Below are positions 25,480 to 39,261 of a DNA stretch of 64,000 nucleotides, in pieces. Source of the stretch: Octopus vulgaris. Its lineage: Eukaryota. A model generated the notes under the pieces. The model saw nothing but the letters and a program-made list of their open reading frames with translations, had not been told where the DNA came from and did no database searches. Numbering within the stretch: position 1 is the stretch's first letter; each line of letters begins with the position of its first letter. The DNA is taken from the NCBI GenBank assembly GCA_951406725.2, contig OX597814.1:126542001-126606000 (forward strand). Direction: 5' to 3'. The translations under genes were made by a program, and so were the position numbers.

Positions 25480-28250
25480 TTTTTTAATATCTGTTCATGA
25501 ATGCAAGTTAACAAGGTTGTTTTTTCGTTGATGTGTCATAAAAAGGCAATGGGGTGTAAATATATGAGACAATGTATAGAAAGATGACTTGCTAGAAGCA
25601 TTGCTTGCAGCAGATGTGAGGAATGCAACATACAATTTGTAGATATCTGGAAAAGCTTTAAATGAATATAGTGAAGAAGTTATATTTATTAAAAGTTATA
25701 TTTTCTAAAATGTAATGATGTAACATTTACAATACATAATTCATTGTAAAATGAGCTGTCCAAATAGTTTATGCTCATGAGTTTATACTCAAATGGGAGA
25801 TAATCTTAAAACTTCTAAGAATGCTTCTGATTCAAGAGACAAAGCTTCTATAGCTGCAAAATGAATGCATCTCATGATGCATTCATTAAAGCAACTTTGA
25901 AGTTCTCTAACATAATTATCAAAAACACTGTTGTAATTACAATTAAAAATTATATATTTGTTATCAGAATCTTCATGACCCATCATTGATTTTATTACGA
26001 ATGGTTGTGTAATATACCCTGGAATTGTAGAAGTGTTTTGAGGAATAGAACACTCATCTTCTACATTAAATGTCTTAGCCTGAGAGAAAATGCTCAGAAA
26101 TTTTCCTTTGTCTGTTCTCATTTCTTTCAAAATATTCAGTACAGTATTTTGTAAGATGTACTCCTTCAGACAAATTGCAGTCGCAACATTGTAACAGTTT
26201 ATTTGTTGCATCAAGAACTTTCAGAATATCTCCAAGAAAAATACCAATGAAGATAAATTTGAGGCTGGTTATCTGTTTCAAAATACCAGTTGCCTCAATT
26301 CTGATCTTTATGTCAGAACTGTCGTGCTCTGCATCTTGTAGCACTTGCACTGTGTGTTCGTGATTGGTATGTATTGCAGTAACAGTTGCTAGATACTCAG
26401 ACCATTGTTGTTCCAATAAGTACTTCAAATGTTTCAGTCTATGTGGAAAGTTATAAAGAACTTTACAGGCTCCACAAAGCAATTTTATGTCATTAATCTC
26501 TTCAATCACATGAACTACAACCAAATGTAACTGATGATCGAAGCAGTACACATACGGAATTTCCTTTCCCATTTTCTGTTGCAACATTTTCTTAATATTA
26601 CTGGTACAGCTAGCGGTAGGCTGACAGAAACGTTAATACACCGAGCGAAATACTTAGCAGCATTTCATTTGTCTTTATGTTCTTAGTTCAAATTCTGCCA
26701 AGGTCAACTTCACCTTTCATCCTTTCATGGTCGATAAATTACCTGTTGCATACTTAATTGACTGGCCTTCTCTCCAAAAAGTTTGAGCCTTTTGACTAGA
26801 GTAGAAAAGAATATCACTGGTACAGTCAGATATTACTGAGGCACCATCATAACACTGAGATAAAATGCTTTTCAGCATCTTCAATACTTTGCATAATTGC
26901 GTTAGCCAAAACTTTCGGCCTTAGAGTCTTTGCTCATAGTTAAAGTGATAAAACTTTCTAACATAATCCCTGCTTTTACAAAGCTTACAATTATTGAAAT
27001 AACTTTAGGATCGTGAATTCCATCACATTTAATTCATAAGTTGTATCATTTCATTTTGCATCATAAAAGATGTGTACAAATGCATTTTAAGGTATCACTG
27101 GAAATTGAAAAAGCCATAAAATTAGTCCAGAAACTTGATTTTTACTATTGTCAAGGCAGGCAATATTTTCATTGTATTCACCCCAAAGTGCAAGTTCATC
27201 ATCATCATCTTCATCATTAACACATACTTCTACAATAACTTAGATAATTTAGACAGGTTTTGGCCAGTATAGGCCCAGGTCATTTCTAACTTAATAGCAC
27301 CACCTGGTGATGTCTTTTAGATCGTGGTTCACACCTCTGTCATATATGGGACACCATAGCCCACTCTAGCAAAGAGTTACTGTTAGAGACATATCCGAGT
27401 GTAGGAGGTTGGTCCAGAATTTTTGGGATAAATTTGTCCAGAAAACTTTTGAATTTTATTGGATCTGTTTCTTTTTTTATGTATTTTGATATAATATTAA
27501 AGGGAGCTGGACTGGTTGAAGCAAACTAGTTGTGTTGTAATGTTGTGACATCTCGAGTTCAATTTTTGAAGTGGGCGAATAGCATGGAGGCCAAGTCTTG
27601 GGTGGATCTTAAAATTGATGCCAACATCTTTTGTACAATATTGATGGAATATTTTCCATATCACACAAATGATGTAGTGCTCATGGCAGCATTAGATTGT
27701 AAATAATACTAATTTTTTTTTTCAGTTGATCTTCATTCTGATTAATCGTCTTGTATTTCTGCCTTTCACTCTTAAATTTCATAGTATTTTTGTGTGACAG
27801 AATTCTCATACCTACTAAAACCTTTGTTTTTTGACAAAGCGTTAGGCCACTTAGTATATCCTTCAACTTTCAAACTAATGTCAGCATTCTGGAGTGTACA
27901 AAAATGAGCATAGCAATGGCAGAAAGCAGCTTTAGATGAAACTGAGAATTCTAACCAAGGTCTGCCATTAAACCATAAAGCACAGAAGCCTCATTGTTTT
28001 TGCTTTTGTTTTTTTGAGGGGTTTTCTTACCATATTGGTTAGAATGATGCACTGATAATTTTGGTTGACATGGTATCATATCTAATCTGGATGGATAAGT
28101 CAAGTTTGGGAAGCATATCAAGTTCTGTAGATTGCGTAAGATCAGCTGCCAAAAGAGTTGAAGGATGGTGTAATGTTGCAGATTCAATTAACTGTGATCC
28201 ATTTGAAATGGAAGAAATCTTCTTTGTTTCATCATTTTCACAGGTCTTGG
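25480..28250 (-). mobile_element. Decayed hAT (ZMYM1/TTF-type) transposase pseudogene in gene B intron
   Basis: TTF zinc finger WFNGRPWLEFSVSSKAAFC...GYTKW (~27980-27850), ILSQCYDGASV (~26865), YVYCFDHQLHL (CxxH), C-terminal dimerisation-like FPDIYKLYVAFLTS (~25650); many stops. Confidence 0.85.
26610..26810 (+). mobile_element. SINE family 2 copy inserted into the hAT transposase, with 15-bp TSD
   Basis: atattactggtacag (26595-26609) and atatcactggtacag (26811-26825), one mismatch. Confidence 0.85.
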
Positions 28251-28594
28251 AGGTTTTAGAATTTACAACCAAAAACATATGACAAAAATTAATTTTTGTC
28301 ATTTCATTGCCTTTCAATTTGAATAAAATACAATTCTTTAAGTTCAAGCAAAATATAATAAAACTGCAAAAGCAAACTATTAATGGTTATTAATTTGAAA
28401 AACAGAATATTCAAGGTATTTCCTTATAAACTAGCTGAAATGTCTGTTCCGACTCTCTATTTTAAGTTGATGCATGACTTTGATTAGAGATAATCTTATA
28501 ATTCAAGTTGTGAGGGCAAAATACAGTTATGGAAAACCCAAAGAACTTCTCACTTTTTTCATTGATAGTCAAAGAAATTCTATCTCTTTCTTTA

Positions 28595-28608
28595 TGTGTG
28601 TGTAAGTT

Positions 28609-28664
<56 letters not shown>

Positions 28665-29180
28665 GGTATGTGTGTGTGTGCATATACATAGGTGTGTGTA
28701 TGTACATATATATATGTATGTTTGTGTGTGTGTGCATATATATATGTGCGTGTGTATGTGTCCATACATATATATTTGGTGTTTGTGTGTGTGTGTGTGT
28801 GTATGTGTAGGTATGCATGTTTGTAGGTATGTGTGTGTACATATACATAGGTGTGTGTATGTACATATATATATGCATGTTTGTGTGTGTGTATGTTTGC
28901 ATATATATATGTGTGTATATGTGTCCATATATATTGTGTTTATGTATGTGTGTGTGCATGTGTGCCTGTACATATACATAGGTGTATGTATGTATATATA
29001 TATATATATAAATGTATATTTGTGTGTGTATATGTGTGTGTGCGCATATATATGTGTGTGTACATGTGTTTGCATATATATATATATGTATGTGTTTGTG
29101 TGTGTGTGTGTGTATGTGTCCATACATATATATATATATATATTGCACTTGTATGTGTGCGTGTTTGTGTGTGTGTGCAA
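28595..29180. repeat. Compound (TG)n/(TA)n microsatellite
   Basis: Direct inspection; source of spurious VC/HT ORFs. Confidence 0.95.
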
Positions 29181-29852
29181 AATATTGTTCTTGTTTACAG
29201 AACAGTTAAATAGCATCTGGTTCTTTTTCTTTGCAATGTTTAATTGGCCAGTATTCTTTCATGGAATGTTAAGGTGGTCAGTATGTGGTCTAACCCCTTT
29301 ATCTATGTGAGAATGTCTGTGTGTGTGTGAAGATGGAATCAGAAGTAGTATTAATAAAATGTAAATGAATGTGTGTAGGGGGAGTTACTTATGTATATGT
29401 ATTCTCCCGAGCATCAGTAATGTATAAGCCTACATTTCATCAGGGCTCTTTGTAGTTTTATTTTTTATTTTTGTCGTTGATGTTTTTCACTTTTGCTTTT
29501 ATTCAATTTCATTTTTTCCTCTATTAATTATTTCCATGGAGAATTTTTGACCAGTCTCTTTGGTTCACTTTGTTTATTATTTTAAAATTTAATTTTCATT
29601 CTGGTTTAAGAAGAAAAGTTACTCAGGCTTCAAGAAACACATTGCAGGAACATTTTGTAAACTGAATTTTCAAAATCTGAGGGTGTACCATTGAATAGTA
29701 AGGTGGAGAATGCCATCCAGTAACCACTTCCTTAATGACAGGCCCAACTGATAGACTGATTAAGTGAAACTTTACAGATAAAGTGTGAGAAGCTAAAATC
29801 TCATTGCACATCATTAAGTTAATCAACCAATCAAAATTATTTTTCTACTTAC

Positions 29853-29975
29853 TGTAATTCTGACAGGAAGCTTCCATTTTCTCAGTAACATCTTCCTTTG
29901 AAGTCTGGAAATGGCCAGCCAATGAGTTCAACATTTTAGACAGCTCCGCAGTTTTTTTCAGGTCGGTCAAGCCAT
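29853..29975 (-). CDS. Gene B exon (GLTDLKKTAELSKMLNSLAGHFQTSKEDVTEKMEASCQNY)
   Basis: ttttttcctattccag| acceptor, A|gtaagt donor, 123 nt open phase 1-1. Confidence 0.8.
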
Positions 29976-30577
29976 CTGGAATAGGAAAAAAGGAGATCCC
30001 ATCTGTTTCTAACAAACTCTGTTAACTGTTAGTATGTGCATTTTGGTTTCAAACAGAGAAGAAGTGGTAGAATCCATATTTTTAGAAGAACTTTTCAGAC
30101 TGATAAAGTTAGTGTGGTTATGTTGAAGTCAGTGTTCTATAGTTAATGTATTTTGGAACTGTGGCTGTGGACAAAAAGGATCAGGCTAAATGTTTAGTAC
30201 AGTATTTGATGGAACTAGACAGATGAAAGGAGGAGATGTATGTGCATTTGGGTGAACTTGGATGCAGTAGGTACACAATTAACTAGTTTAGAGTATCAGC
30301 GGTTATTATACAAGTGGTACCAGAGATGGAGAGGAAAAGCAACATCTCTCTATACCAGTGTTTGTTGCATGGCAAAGATTCAATATTTGCCATTTAGCTT
30401 CGTTTGCATGAGTTTAGCTGAGTATGACATCAGAATTGTCCTAAATATATATAGAAGAGATTTGCAGTGGATCAGTAAGTTATGAAGACTGAAGTATTTT
30501 TCCACCTTAAAGGGGGAATTTTGTCTTTGTGATGCAGTTTTTGCTATGTTATACATTTGGTGTCATCATGAATGATC

Positions 30578-30628
<51 letters not shown>

Positions 30629-31065
30629 GACGGGCTTCTTTCAGTTTCCATCAATTCACAAGGCTTTGGTTGGCCCAAGACTATAGCAGAAGACACTTGC
30701 CCAAGGTGCCACACAGCAGGACTGAACCGAGAACCATGTGATTGGGAAGCAAGTTTTTCACAACACAGCCATGCTTGCGCCTTTGTAGCAGCTTTGAGAA
30801 TTTGTTCTTCACATTTGTACTGATTGATTATTTGTACCATTGAAAGGCACAGATGTAAATAGGTATATGTTGGCAATTGCATAATTGATAAGAGCTTTGT
30901 TGGGTTCATGAAGTGAGTTAATGTATTTTAGGAACACTAGTCTATCAGGTAAAGAGAGGTATTTAACATAACTTAGACATAATAGGATGATATTGTGTCA
31001 GATATTGGCAGTGGTAATTTGTTCTAGACACAAGATAGATGTAATAAATGAGGTATGGCAAGAAT

Positions 31066-31300
31066 AAGGTGGCGAGCTAGCAGAAAAGTTAGCACGCCAG
31101 GTGAAATGCTTAGCAGAATTTCATCTGCCTTTATGTTCTGAGATCAAATTCCACCGAGGTCAACTTTGCCTTTCATCCTTTCGGGGTCGATAAATTAAGT
31201 ACCAGTTACACACTGAGGTCGATGTAATCGACTTAATCCCTTTGTCTGTCCTTGTTTGTCCCTCTATGTTTAGCCCCTTGTGGGCAATAAAGAAATAAGA
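31066..31300 (+). mobile_element. tRNA-derived SINE family 2
   Basis: ggcgagctagcagaaa...ttcaaattcc-like head and conserved core ggtcaactttgcctttcatcctttcggggtcgataaattaagtacc. Other copies at ~10190, 26610, 36420, 38915, 42196 and 47095 (tandem). Confidence 0.85.
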
Positions 31301-32297
31301 ATGATGTTGTGTAAGGTTAACTTTTCTAAAGTACAATACAGAGGTAAAAATTAAAGTGTGGGACAGGTTAAATTGCTCAAGATACAATATAATTTTATCA
31401 ATGTAGTGATGTCAGTATGTGACAACCTACAATTTTACAATTGCATGTGAGAAAGAGGGATCACCATCTTGTATGTAAAACGACAAGAAAAATAAGAACT
31501 TGTGAGATGTTCATAATAAGTTATAACATATTTATGATTGGATGTAATGCATTACCATATAAGAATGGTTTGAAAGAAAAGGCTTGTAACATATTACATG
31601 AACATACTTTGCAACCACATGTCTCAAAGCAAGTGAGGCGAATATACGTGCATGCATGTGTGTGTGTGTGTGCGAGTGGCATGGCTCAATGCGTACGCTT
31701 AGGAACCGACAGGCAAAAGTTGCAAAATTAGAAATGCATTCACTTTATATGATTTATAAAGAACATGATTTTGTTTCTTTCTGAATTATCTTTCTACAGA
31801 AGCAAAAAAGATCAACACATTCTGTATTCTTCCAGAAACAACCAAACTGATATGTGTAACCATTTCCTCACATATTTTCAGCACTCTAAAAACATTTCAG
31901 TCAATAAATCTTACATGTAAATCAGACCTAACACTTTAACACAGGATGTCAATAGACTGGAAGAAGCATGCATTTTATTGACAACCTTTATATTTCTTTC
32001 CTTGTTGTTTTGGCTGACACCACTTACATAACATTGCAAAAGTTGTTTCACCAAAGACCAGTCTCGTTCCTCAGGACCAGAAAATATTTTAGCTACACTA
32101 TGTTATTGAATCTTTGCAAAACTCAACTGAGAACCTCAACGGTACAGGTGTGCCTGTGTACTAAGAAGTTTTCTTCCTAGTTACATGGTTTCTGGTTCCC
32201 TAATACTGTATGATACCCAGGGCAAGTGTCTTCTACTATAATCTCTGGCCAACAAAAACCTTATGAGTGGATTTGATAGAGGGAAACTGAAAGAAGC

Positions 32298-32344
<47 letters not shown>

Positions 32345-33238
32345 CACACACACACTTGTGTGTGAATGTTTCCTCAGCTTGCCATAGCATGATAGTTGTG
32401 AGTGTTCCCATCATGCAAGCAGTACCCCTTATTTCCAATCTTCCAAGACTTGTCTAATCATGGGAAATATTATGTTACTTGGAAATAGTTGAAGGTTGGC
32501 AACAGGAAGGACATCTGGCAATAGACATTCTACCTCAACAAATTCTATCTTACTCATGCAAGCTTGGAAAAGTGGACATTAAAATGATGATGATTAATGG
32601 AATATTAGTCCTGCATCTGGGACAATGCTGCAACTTCACAAAGAATCAACCTTGACCAAGTCTAAAAGAAGTCCATATGAATTATTGATAGACTCACTCT
32701 AACACATTGCAGCCTCTAGCCTACACATATATTGTTCCTCCTTTCTGCCTTTTCTACTGTTATAACTGCCGATGTTCCTGAGAAATAACTTATTGCATTA
32801 AATGCACACAGAGACACACCCAACATATTCGTCTTTCTTCCTGTCATCACACATTCTCTGTCTCCTCTTCTTTGATCTGCACAAACTATTATTCACAGTC
32901 CTTCATTCTCAGAATGACAACCTCTGAACTTGTTTCTTGTGTTGGTTTGTGATTAGTAGTTGTAAACAGAAATAATATGCAGCATGAAGAAGTTGTTTCA
33001 AGAGGCACAACAATAAAAAGATGAGAAAATATAACAATTTATGTGTGAAATAAGTTCCGTTTCTTTTTTTCATCATCATTTCAAGAACTATAACTCTGAC
33101 TCAACCAAAACTTTTGCTGAAATGGTTTCAAATTGTAAAATGGGAATTGACAAAACATTGAGATTATTTCTGCTGCCAAACTATCAATTGTGAAAAATCT
33201 TTTGAAAAATAATATTTAGGAAAAAAAGGAATAATTAC

Positions 33239-33379
33239 AAAATGATATCAATTTTTGTAAGTAGCTGTTTATGCGAAACAAGGAACTCAGGATGCAATCC
33301 ACATCAGCTTTCACTGTATAACTTATGGTTCCCCCGGAGAATTTCTGACAGAGCTCAGCTAAAGTTGCATGTTCATATT
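33239..33379 (-). CDS. Gene B exon (YEHATLAELCQKFSGG...LQKLISF)
   Basis: ttttgttttgtttcag| acceptor and 141 nt open in phase 1. The donor T|gtaatt is weaker, so the 3' boundary is less certain. Confidence 0.65.
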
Positions 33380-33448
33380 CTGAAACAAAACAAAATGTAC
33401 AAATTATAAATTCTTGTCATAGATTCTTGGCATTCTTACACAACATAC

Positions 33449-33477
33449 CAATAGCTTCAAAATCACAACCATTTTGC
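33449..33477 (-). CDS. Gene B 29-nt exon (QNGCDFEAI)
   Basis: tttttcag| acceptor, G|gtatgt donor; phase 2 in, phase 1 out, exactly complementing the 10-nt microexon. Confidence 0.6.
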
Positions 33478-34182
33478 CTGAAAAACATTCTACAACAAAA
33501 ATCTAATAAATTGGAAGCATACCAATACACAAGAAAGATTAAAACATTCGAGATATCACTGTGTGTGTGCACGCATGTGTCAGTGAGTGTGTGTGTGCAT
33601 AAGTGCATGTGTGTGTGGATGCATGCATGAGTGGGGTGGGTGGGGATGAGTGCATGGGTGCATGCATGTGTATGTGTGTGTATTTGTGTATGTGGACACA
33701 GTTATAGCCAAGTTCATTAACAAAAGGTTTCAGGTTTCATCCACAAAGCTTGGCATTTTGATCATAAACATTTACCATGACCTCAAGTCAGTCTAAGTCT
33801 TTTGAATGAAAATAGGTAGATGAAAAAGTGTAGAAGTCCATTGGATTGACTATAACCATAATTCAAAGGTCCAGCCTTGTCATATTGTGTTATGATGACT
33901 GAGTATATTTGTTTGTGCAATATATAACCACTCACAAGCTAGTTCAATGAATAGGTCATTCGGTTGATTGAACAACCGAAAACTCATACATCATTCTCAA
34001 TAGGAGAATCTACCATTATCATGCTTATGTATGTGTATGTATTGTGTACGAGTTTTAAACATAATCTTACTATAGACCTAAAACACAAGGAATAATCTCC
34101 AAATTGATAGCACACATGAATGTCGATCTGACTAAACAGTTTTGAACTTTTAAAATTTAATATTAGAATTGCCTTAACTTAC

Positions 34183-34192
34183 CACTGTGATA
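34183..34192 (-). CDS. Gene B 10-nt microexon (TATCACAGTG)
   Basis: Minus strand tgtttttttcttag|TATCACAGTG|gtaagt with a consensus donor; frame is restored only together with the 29-nt exon at 33449-33477. Confidence 0.6.
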
Positions 34193-34313
34193 CTAAGAAA
34201 AAACAGATTATAGCTAGATAGAAACCACTTCTAAATTCACACAGAGACTGAGCAAATTATTATATCAATGGGTGTTTGGAATTTGTTAAGAAATTTCTAA
34301 GACTGTACTTCCC

Positions 34314-34374
<61 letters not shown>

Positions 34375-36102
34375 CACCCACATATACACAATGCAGAATT
34401 ATAGACTATAGATCCATTTCAGCCAATTTTGCCAATCATGAGAGTTTTAAAAAAAAAGTCATGTATGAGTACCTATTTGAAGGGTTGACAGTATCAACTG
34501 AAATGGATCTGTATTACTGATTTGCTTAAAAATTAATATATTTGCTTCATTACCAATATATAAGTGCCTGTTTTTTTTTATTCATGAATTCTTAGATGAC
34601 TATATGTGAGAATCTTACAATCCACCACCCACCCATTTCTACTCATGTATCTTTATGGGTTACCTGGGCATGTTATCACTATTATCTGTCTCTTTGCAGC
34701 TCCTGCTGATCATTTCTCTTTCTCTCCTTCTTAAGGAATGTGATTAACCATGCAGATCCTCTACAAGAATCTGTTCTGACCCCTCTCCCTTTCTCTCATG
34801 CTTTAACTCCTCGTTTCCTGGGAGGAAGCTCACTCCACCCCATCTCCTTCTAGTCCTGCAAGTTACAGGGTGAACTCAACAATACTGACAGCATGAAGAA
34901 AAAGCACCCAGTTACACACTGTAAAGTGGCTGATGTTAGGAAGGACATCCAGCCATACATACCATGCTAAAGCAGACACTGGAGCACAATGCAGTCCTTG
35001 GAACCATCAGCTCCTGTTACACTGTCCAATCCATGCCAGCATGGAACATGATCTTTAAATGATGATGATATACAATCAAAACAGGTAACCTTGTTCTGGG
35101 AATAGTCAAGAAATATACTGCAAGCTTTTGGGAGCACAGCATGATAGTGGAACTAATTACAGGATTTCAAACTTTAAGTTCCCATCAAAGTTTGCCTATT
35201 TTATTGATGTAACTAACACCAAGAAGTTTATAACTGTTTCTTCTCTGACAAGAACTTCAAAATTTTGAAAAAGAGAGATAGTGTGTGTGTTGGAACTAAT
35301 TAGTATTGCACTTTTAATAAATGATTCTTATTGGTCAGTATTTGCACTACATCCATGTATATTGAGTCCAGACTGGTCTTCATGGGATATATATAGGACT
35401 ATAGCATGGTTGAATAAATTTAAACTGAATTAGTACACTGGTCTATATTGTGTCTAAACTAGACAGTGCTAAATAAAAAATATTTCTAATTAGCACTCAT
35501 GTCAATTCATTTAGCGAGCTGACTAAATTATATTCTATATTATAAAAATTTAACATATAAAATATGTCACCAAGTACCATTTGTCTAGCTGGTATTCCAG
35601 TTGATTAATCAACAATAATGTTTTTCTGCATTCATTTCCTTTTCAATAATTTGGTTGACAAGTTGAATTACTCAGCCTGTAGATTAAGTGTTCAAACCTA
35701 ATTGAAAGTAATAAACATTATTCCACTATCCCAACTAGCAGAAGAATTATCACTTCTAAATTGAAAAGTTGCTGTTACAAAAATATATTGCCACTAATTC
35801 CTGACATCATTATTCCAGACATACATCTAAGTTTATAGAATCCAAAAAATGGATACAGCATTCAATCTAGAATACTGATTATAGTCACAAGACCTCAGAT
35901 GTGTAAGGAATAGGAATGAGACTGTTACTATATTTAGCCCTTCCTAAGGGTATGAATGAAGTGAAATAGTAACAAACAAGAATCAAAATTCAGAGTACAC
36001 TATGGCTACTGACAATTTGGTGAGGGGATTGGAGTTATTTTTTGTTGATTTTTTTTTTTTTTTTTTTGTCAAAATTGAATAAATTAGAATAAGAAATTAT
36101 AC

Positions 36103-36159
36103 CTTCTGTTCTCAAATGACAGGACAAGTTCACCATTAGTGGGTGTTCTTTATTCACCA
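36103..36159 (-). CDS. Gene B exon (VNKEHPLMVNLSCHLRTE)
   Basis: ttttctttcag| acceptor, AAG|gtataa donor, 57 nt; only the phase 1-1 frame is open, matching its neighbours. Confidence 0.75.
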
Positions 36160-37526
36160 CTGAAAGAAAACAAAATGATGAATCTATTAGCATGTTGAAA
36201 AAATCTTGTTAACAAAATTGATTTCTAACACAGACACAAGGCAACAAAATCTGAGAGAAGGGTATTGTCAATTTGATAGTGATGATTGACTCCAGCACAT
36301 GACTGGTGCTACATTTGTGGAATCTGAACTGAGAGCTTAAAGGAATATTTAAATAACATAAAGCAGTTTGTCTACCATTGTAGAGATTCTGTCAATCCCT
36401 CACCCTTCTTGTTAATAATACTGGTTTCCAACTTTGGCACAAGGCCAGAAATTTGAGGGAGGGATGAAGTTGATTACATTGACTGCAGCACTCAACTGAT
36501 ACTTATTTTATTGATCCCTAAAGAATGAAAAGCAAAGTCAACCTTAGTGGAATTTGAACTCAGAGCATAAAGACAAATGAAATGTCACAAAGCATTTTAC
36601 CCAGTGAGCTAACATTTCTCCCAGCTCGCTACTTTCTTCTTATTAATAATATTAACATTGTAACAATGTAATAGACGAGCAAGTGTCTTCTACTATAGCC
36701 TCGGGCTGACCAAAGCCTTGTGAGTGGATTTGGTAGACAGAAACTGAAAGAAGCCCGTTGTATATATATGTGTGTGTGTGTATATGTTTGTGTGTTTGTG
36801 TTTGTCCCCCAACATCTCTTGACAACCAATGCTGGTGTGTTACATCACCGTAACTTAGTGGTTCAGCAAAAGAGACCGATAGAATAAGTACTAGGCTTAC
36901 AAAGAATAAGTCCTGGGGTCGATTTGCTCGACTAAAGGTGGTGGCTCCAGCATGGCCACAGTCAAATGACTGAAACAAGTAAAAGAGTAAAGTCCTGGTC
37001 AAAAGTCTGAATGCACTGGTACAAATAAGTTATTATACTATAGTTTGAGGTAATAATGATCATTATCATTGTTTTCACAATCACTTTTATATGTTTGCAG
37101 TGGTCAGACAGAATTCATTGAGACAGATTTTCTACAGCCAGCTGACCTTCTGCTACCAAGCTTCACTTGTTTTCAAGCAAAGTGCTATTGTTCTATGACC
37201 ACACATTTCTGTGGAAGATTGGAAACAAATGACAGCTTGTATGATGGTGACACTTGTTTACAGCTATCAAATGATGTCAAGACAAGCAGACACAATCTAA
37301 CACACACACACACAAAGATTAATAGAATGAGCTTCTTCCAGTTTTCATCCTCCAAATTCACTCACAAGGCTTTGGTCTGGCTTGTTCAAGATGTGCATTG
37401 GGACTGAACCCAAAATTATGTGATCGGAAAACAAATTTCTTAACCACACAACCATGCCCAGACGAAGTAGTGAGAAAGGATCTTTGAATGCTGGGCCTCA
37501 CTGAGGAAATGACAAGTGATCAGAAG

Positions 37527-38581
37527 GGATCTTTTCTTTTTGATGGACGGAATTTTCTAGTTAATTAAAAAATTTGAAACTTCGTATACTGGTAGAATGT
37601 GTCAAAAGAAAACATTATTGTAAACAAAATTGAAAACAAAATTGTAATTTGTAAGTTTAACGTAGTTTAATTCTACGAATTTTAACCAATGAAATCCCAG
37701 CATTTGAGCTGAAATCATTTGCTGCGTCTAAAAACTCACTCACACACGACTTATTCATCCTTCTCCTGTTAGTCTTCTGTCTTCTGCATGTGCTAGAAAT
37801 AACAGCTATATCTCTTAAATCGATGAATTTCGTCGCCCAATAAAAATATTAACGATATTTTTTTAATATTTTCTTTATTCTTTTTTACCAAAAAGGCTTC
37901 TCCCATGGTTTTGAAGGGCCAGAAACAACAAAAACAAAACAATAATATGCCTAAAGCGGTCTAGAGTTTGCGCGTGGAGTGTGAGTCATATTGTAAAAAT
38001 TTGTGAAATATTTTTTCATAAAAGGATGCCCCAGCTTGTCGGAAGCTGTGATATAAATTGGGAAAAAAATCCTCGACACCAGTGCGTAATTGGTACTTAA
38101 TTTATCGACCCCGAAATGATGAAACATTGACCCCACCCCCTTTCTGGTTTATTTACCTTTTGTGCAAATTTGTTGCGGCAAGAGGCAACTCACAAACGTG
38201 TATGTATGCTTGTGTGCGTATGTGTGTGTATGTATATCTCCATTTGTATGTATGTGTACGCTTATATATTAATTACTATGTGCTTGTGCAAATGTATATG
38301 CATGTGTTTGAGAGAGAGAGAGAGTGACAGAGAGTGTGTGTGTGTTGTGCGTCTGCTATGTTTGTTTATCAATATCGATAACGCAGCAAATGATTTGAGC
38401 TCAAATGCTGGGATTTCATTGGTTAAAATTCGAAGAATTAAACTACGTTAAAGTTACAAATTACAATTTTGTTTTCAATTTTGTTTACAATAATGTTTTC
38501 TTTTGACACATTCTACCAGTATACGAAGTTTCAAATTTTTTAGTTAACTAGAAAATTCCATCCATCAAAAAGAAAAGATCC
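37527..38581. mobile_element. Non-autonomous DNA transposon with ~200-bp TIRs and 8-bp TSD (Mutator/Merlin-like)
   Basis: 37527-37727 is the reverse complement of 38381-38581; TSD atcagaag at 37519-37526 and 38582-38589; termini GGATC...GATCC. Confidence 0.9.
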
Positions 38582-39261
38582 ATCAGAAGATGTGGCTATG
38601 TCTTCTACACATACAAGATTGTCTTTTCAGGTGCCAGTTCCACTAAAAAAAGCACCTGTGCTGGTACTGCATTATCGCAGCCATGTTGGTGCTGTGTAAA
38701 CACACCTGTGATGGTGACACATAAAAAGCACCCAGCACACTCTGTTAAGTGGTTAGCATTAAGAAGGGCATCCAGCCATAGAAACCATGCCACAACAGAT
38801 AGTTGGAGTCTGGACAGCTCCCTGCTAGCCAGCACCATCTCAAACTGTCCAAACCATGCCAGCATGGAGATGGAGAGTGGACATTAAACGACGATGAGGA
38901 TAAGACCAGTTTATAATAATCCTTTCTACTATAGATACTAGGCCTGAAATTTGGTGGGAGGAGATAAGTTGAATACGTCGACCCCAGTGCGTAACTGCTA
39001 CTTATTTCATCAACCTCGAAAGGATGAAAGGCAAAGTCAACCTGGGTGCAATTTGAACTCAGAACATTGTGACAGGTGGAACACCACTAAGCATTTCATC
39101 CAGCATGCTAACTATTCTTATTTCTTTACTGCCCACAAGGGGCTACACACAGAGGGGACATACAAGAACAGACAAACGGATTAAGTCAATTATATTGACC
39201 CCAATGTGTAACTGGTACTTATTTAATCGACCCCAAAAGGATGAAAGGCAAAGTCGACCTC

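Noticed and set aside
28039-28347. 102-aa ORF with nearby gtaag donor as a gene B exon
   Set aside because: It runs into the hAT N-terminal region, has a stop before the donor, and exons 29853 and 24630 already join in frame.
32029-32093. Candidate minus-strand exon KIFSGPEERDWSLVKQLLQCY with gtaagt donor
   Set aside because: The acceptor lacks a pyrimidine tract and the phase-0 exit does not fit the phase-1 exon at 29975; not supportable without RNA data.
34472-34497. Candidate 25-nt minus-strand exon
   Set aside because: Adding it breaks the frame that the 10-nt + 29-nt pair restores.
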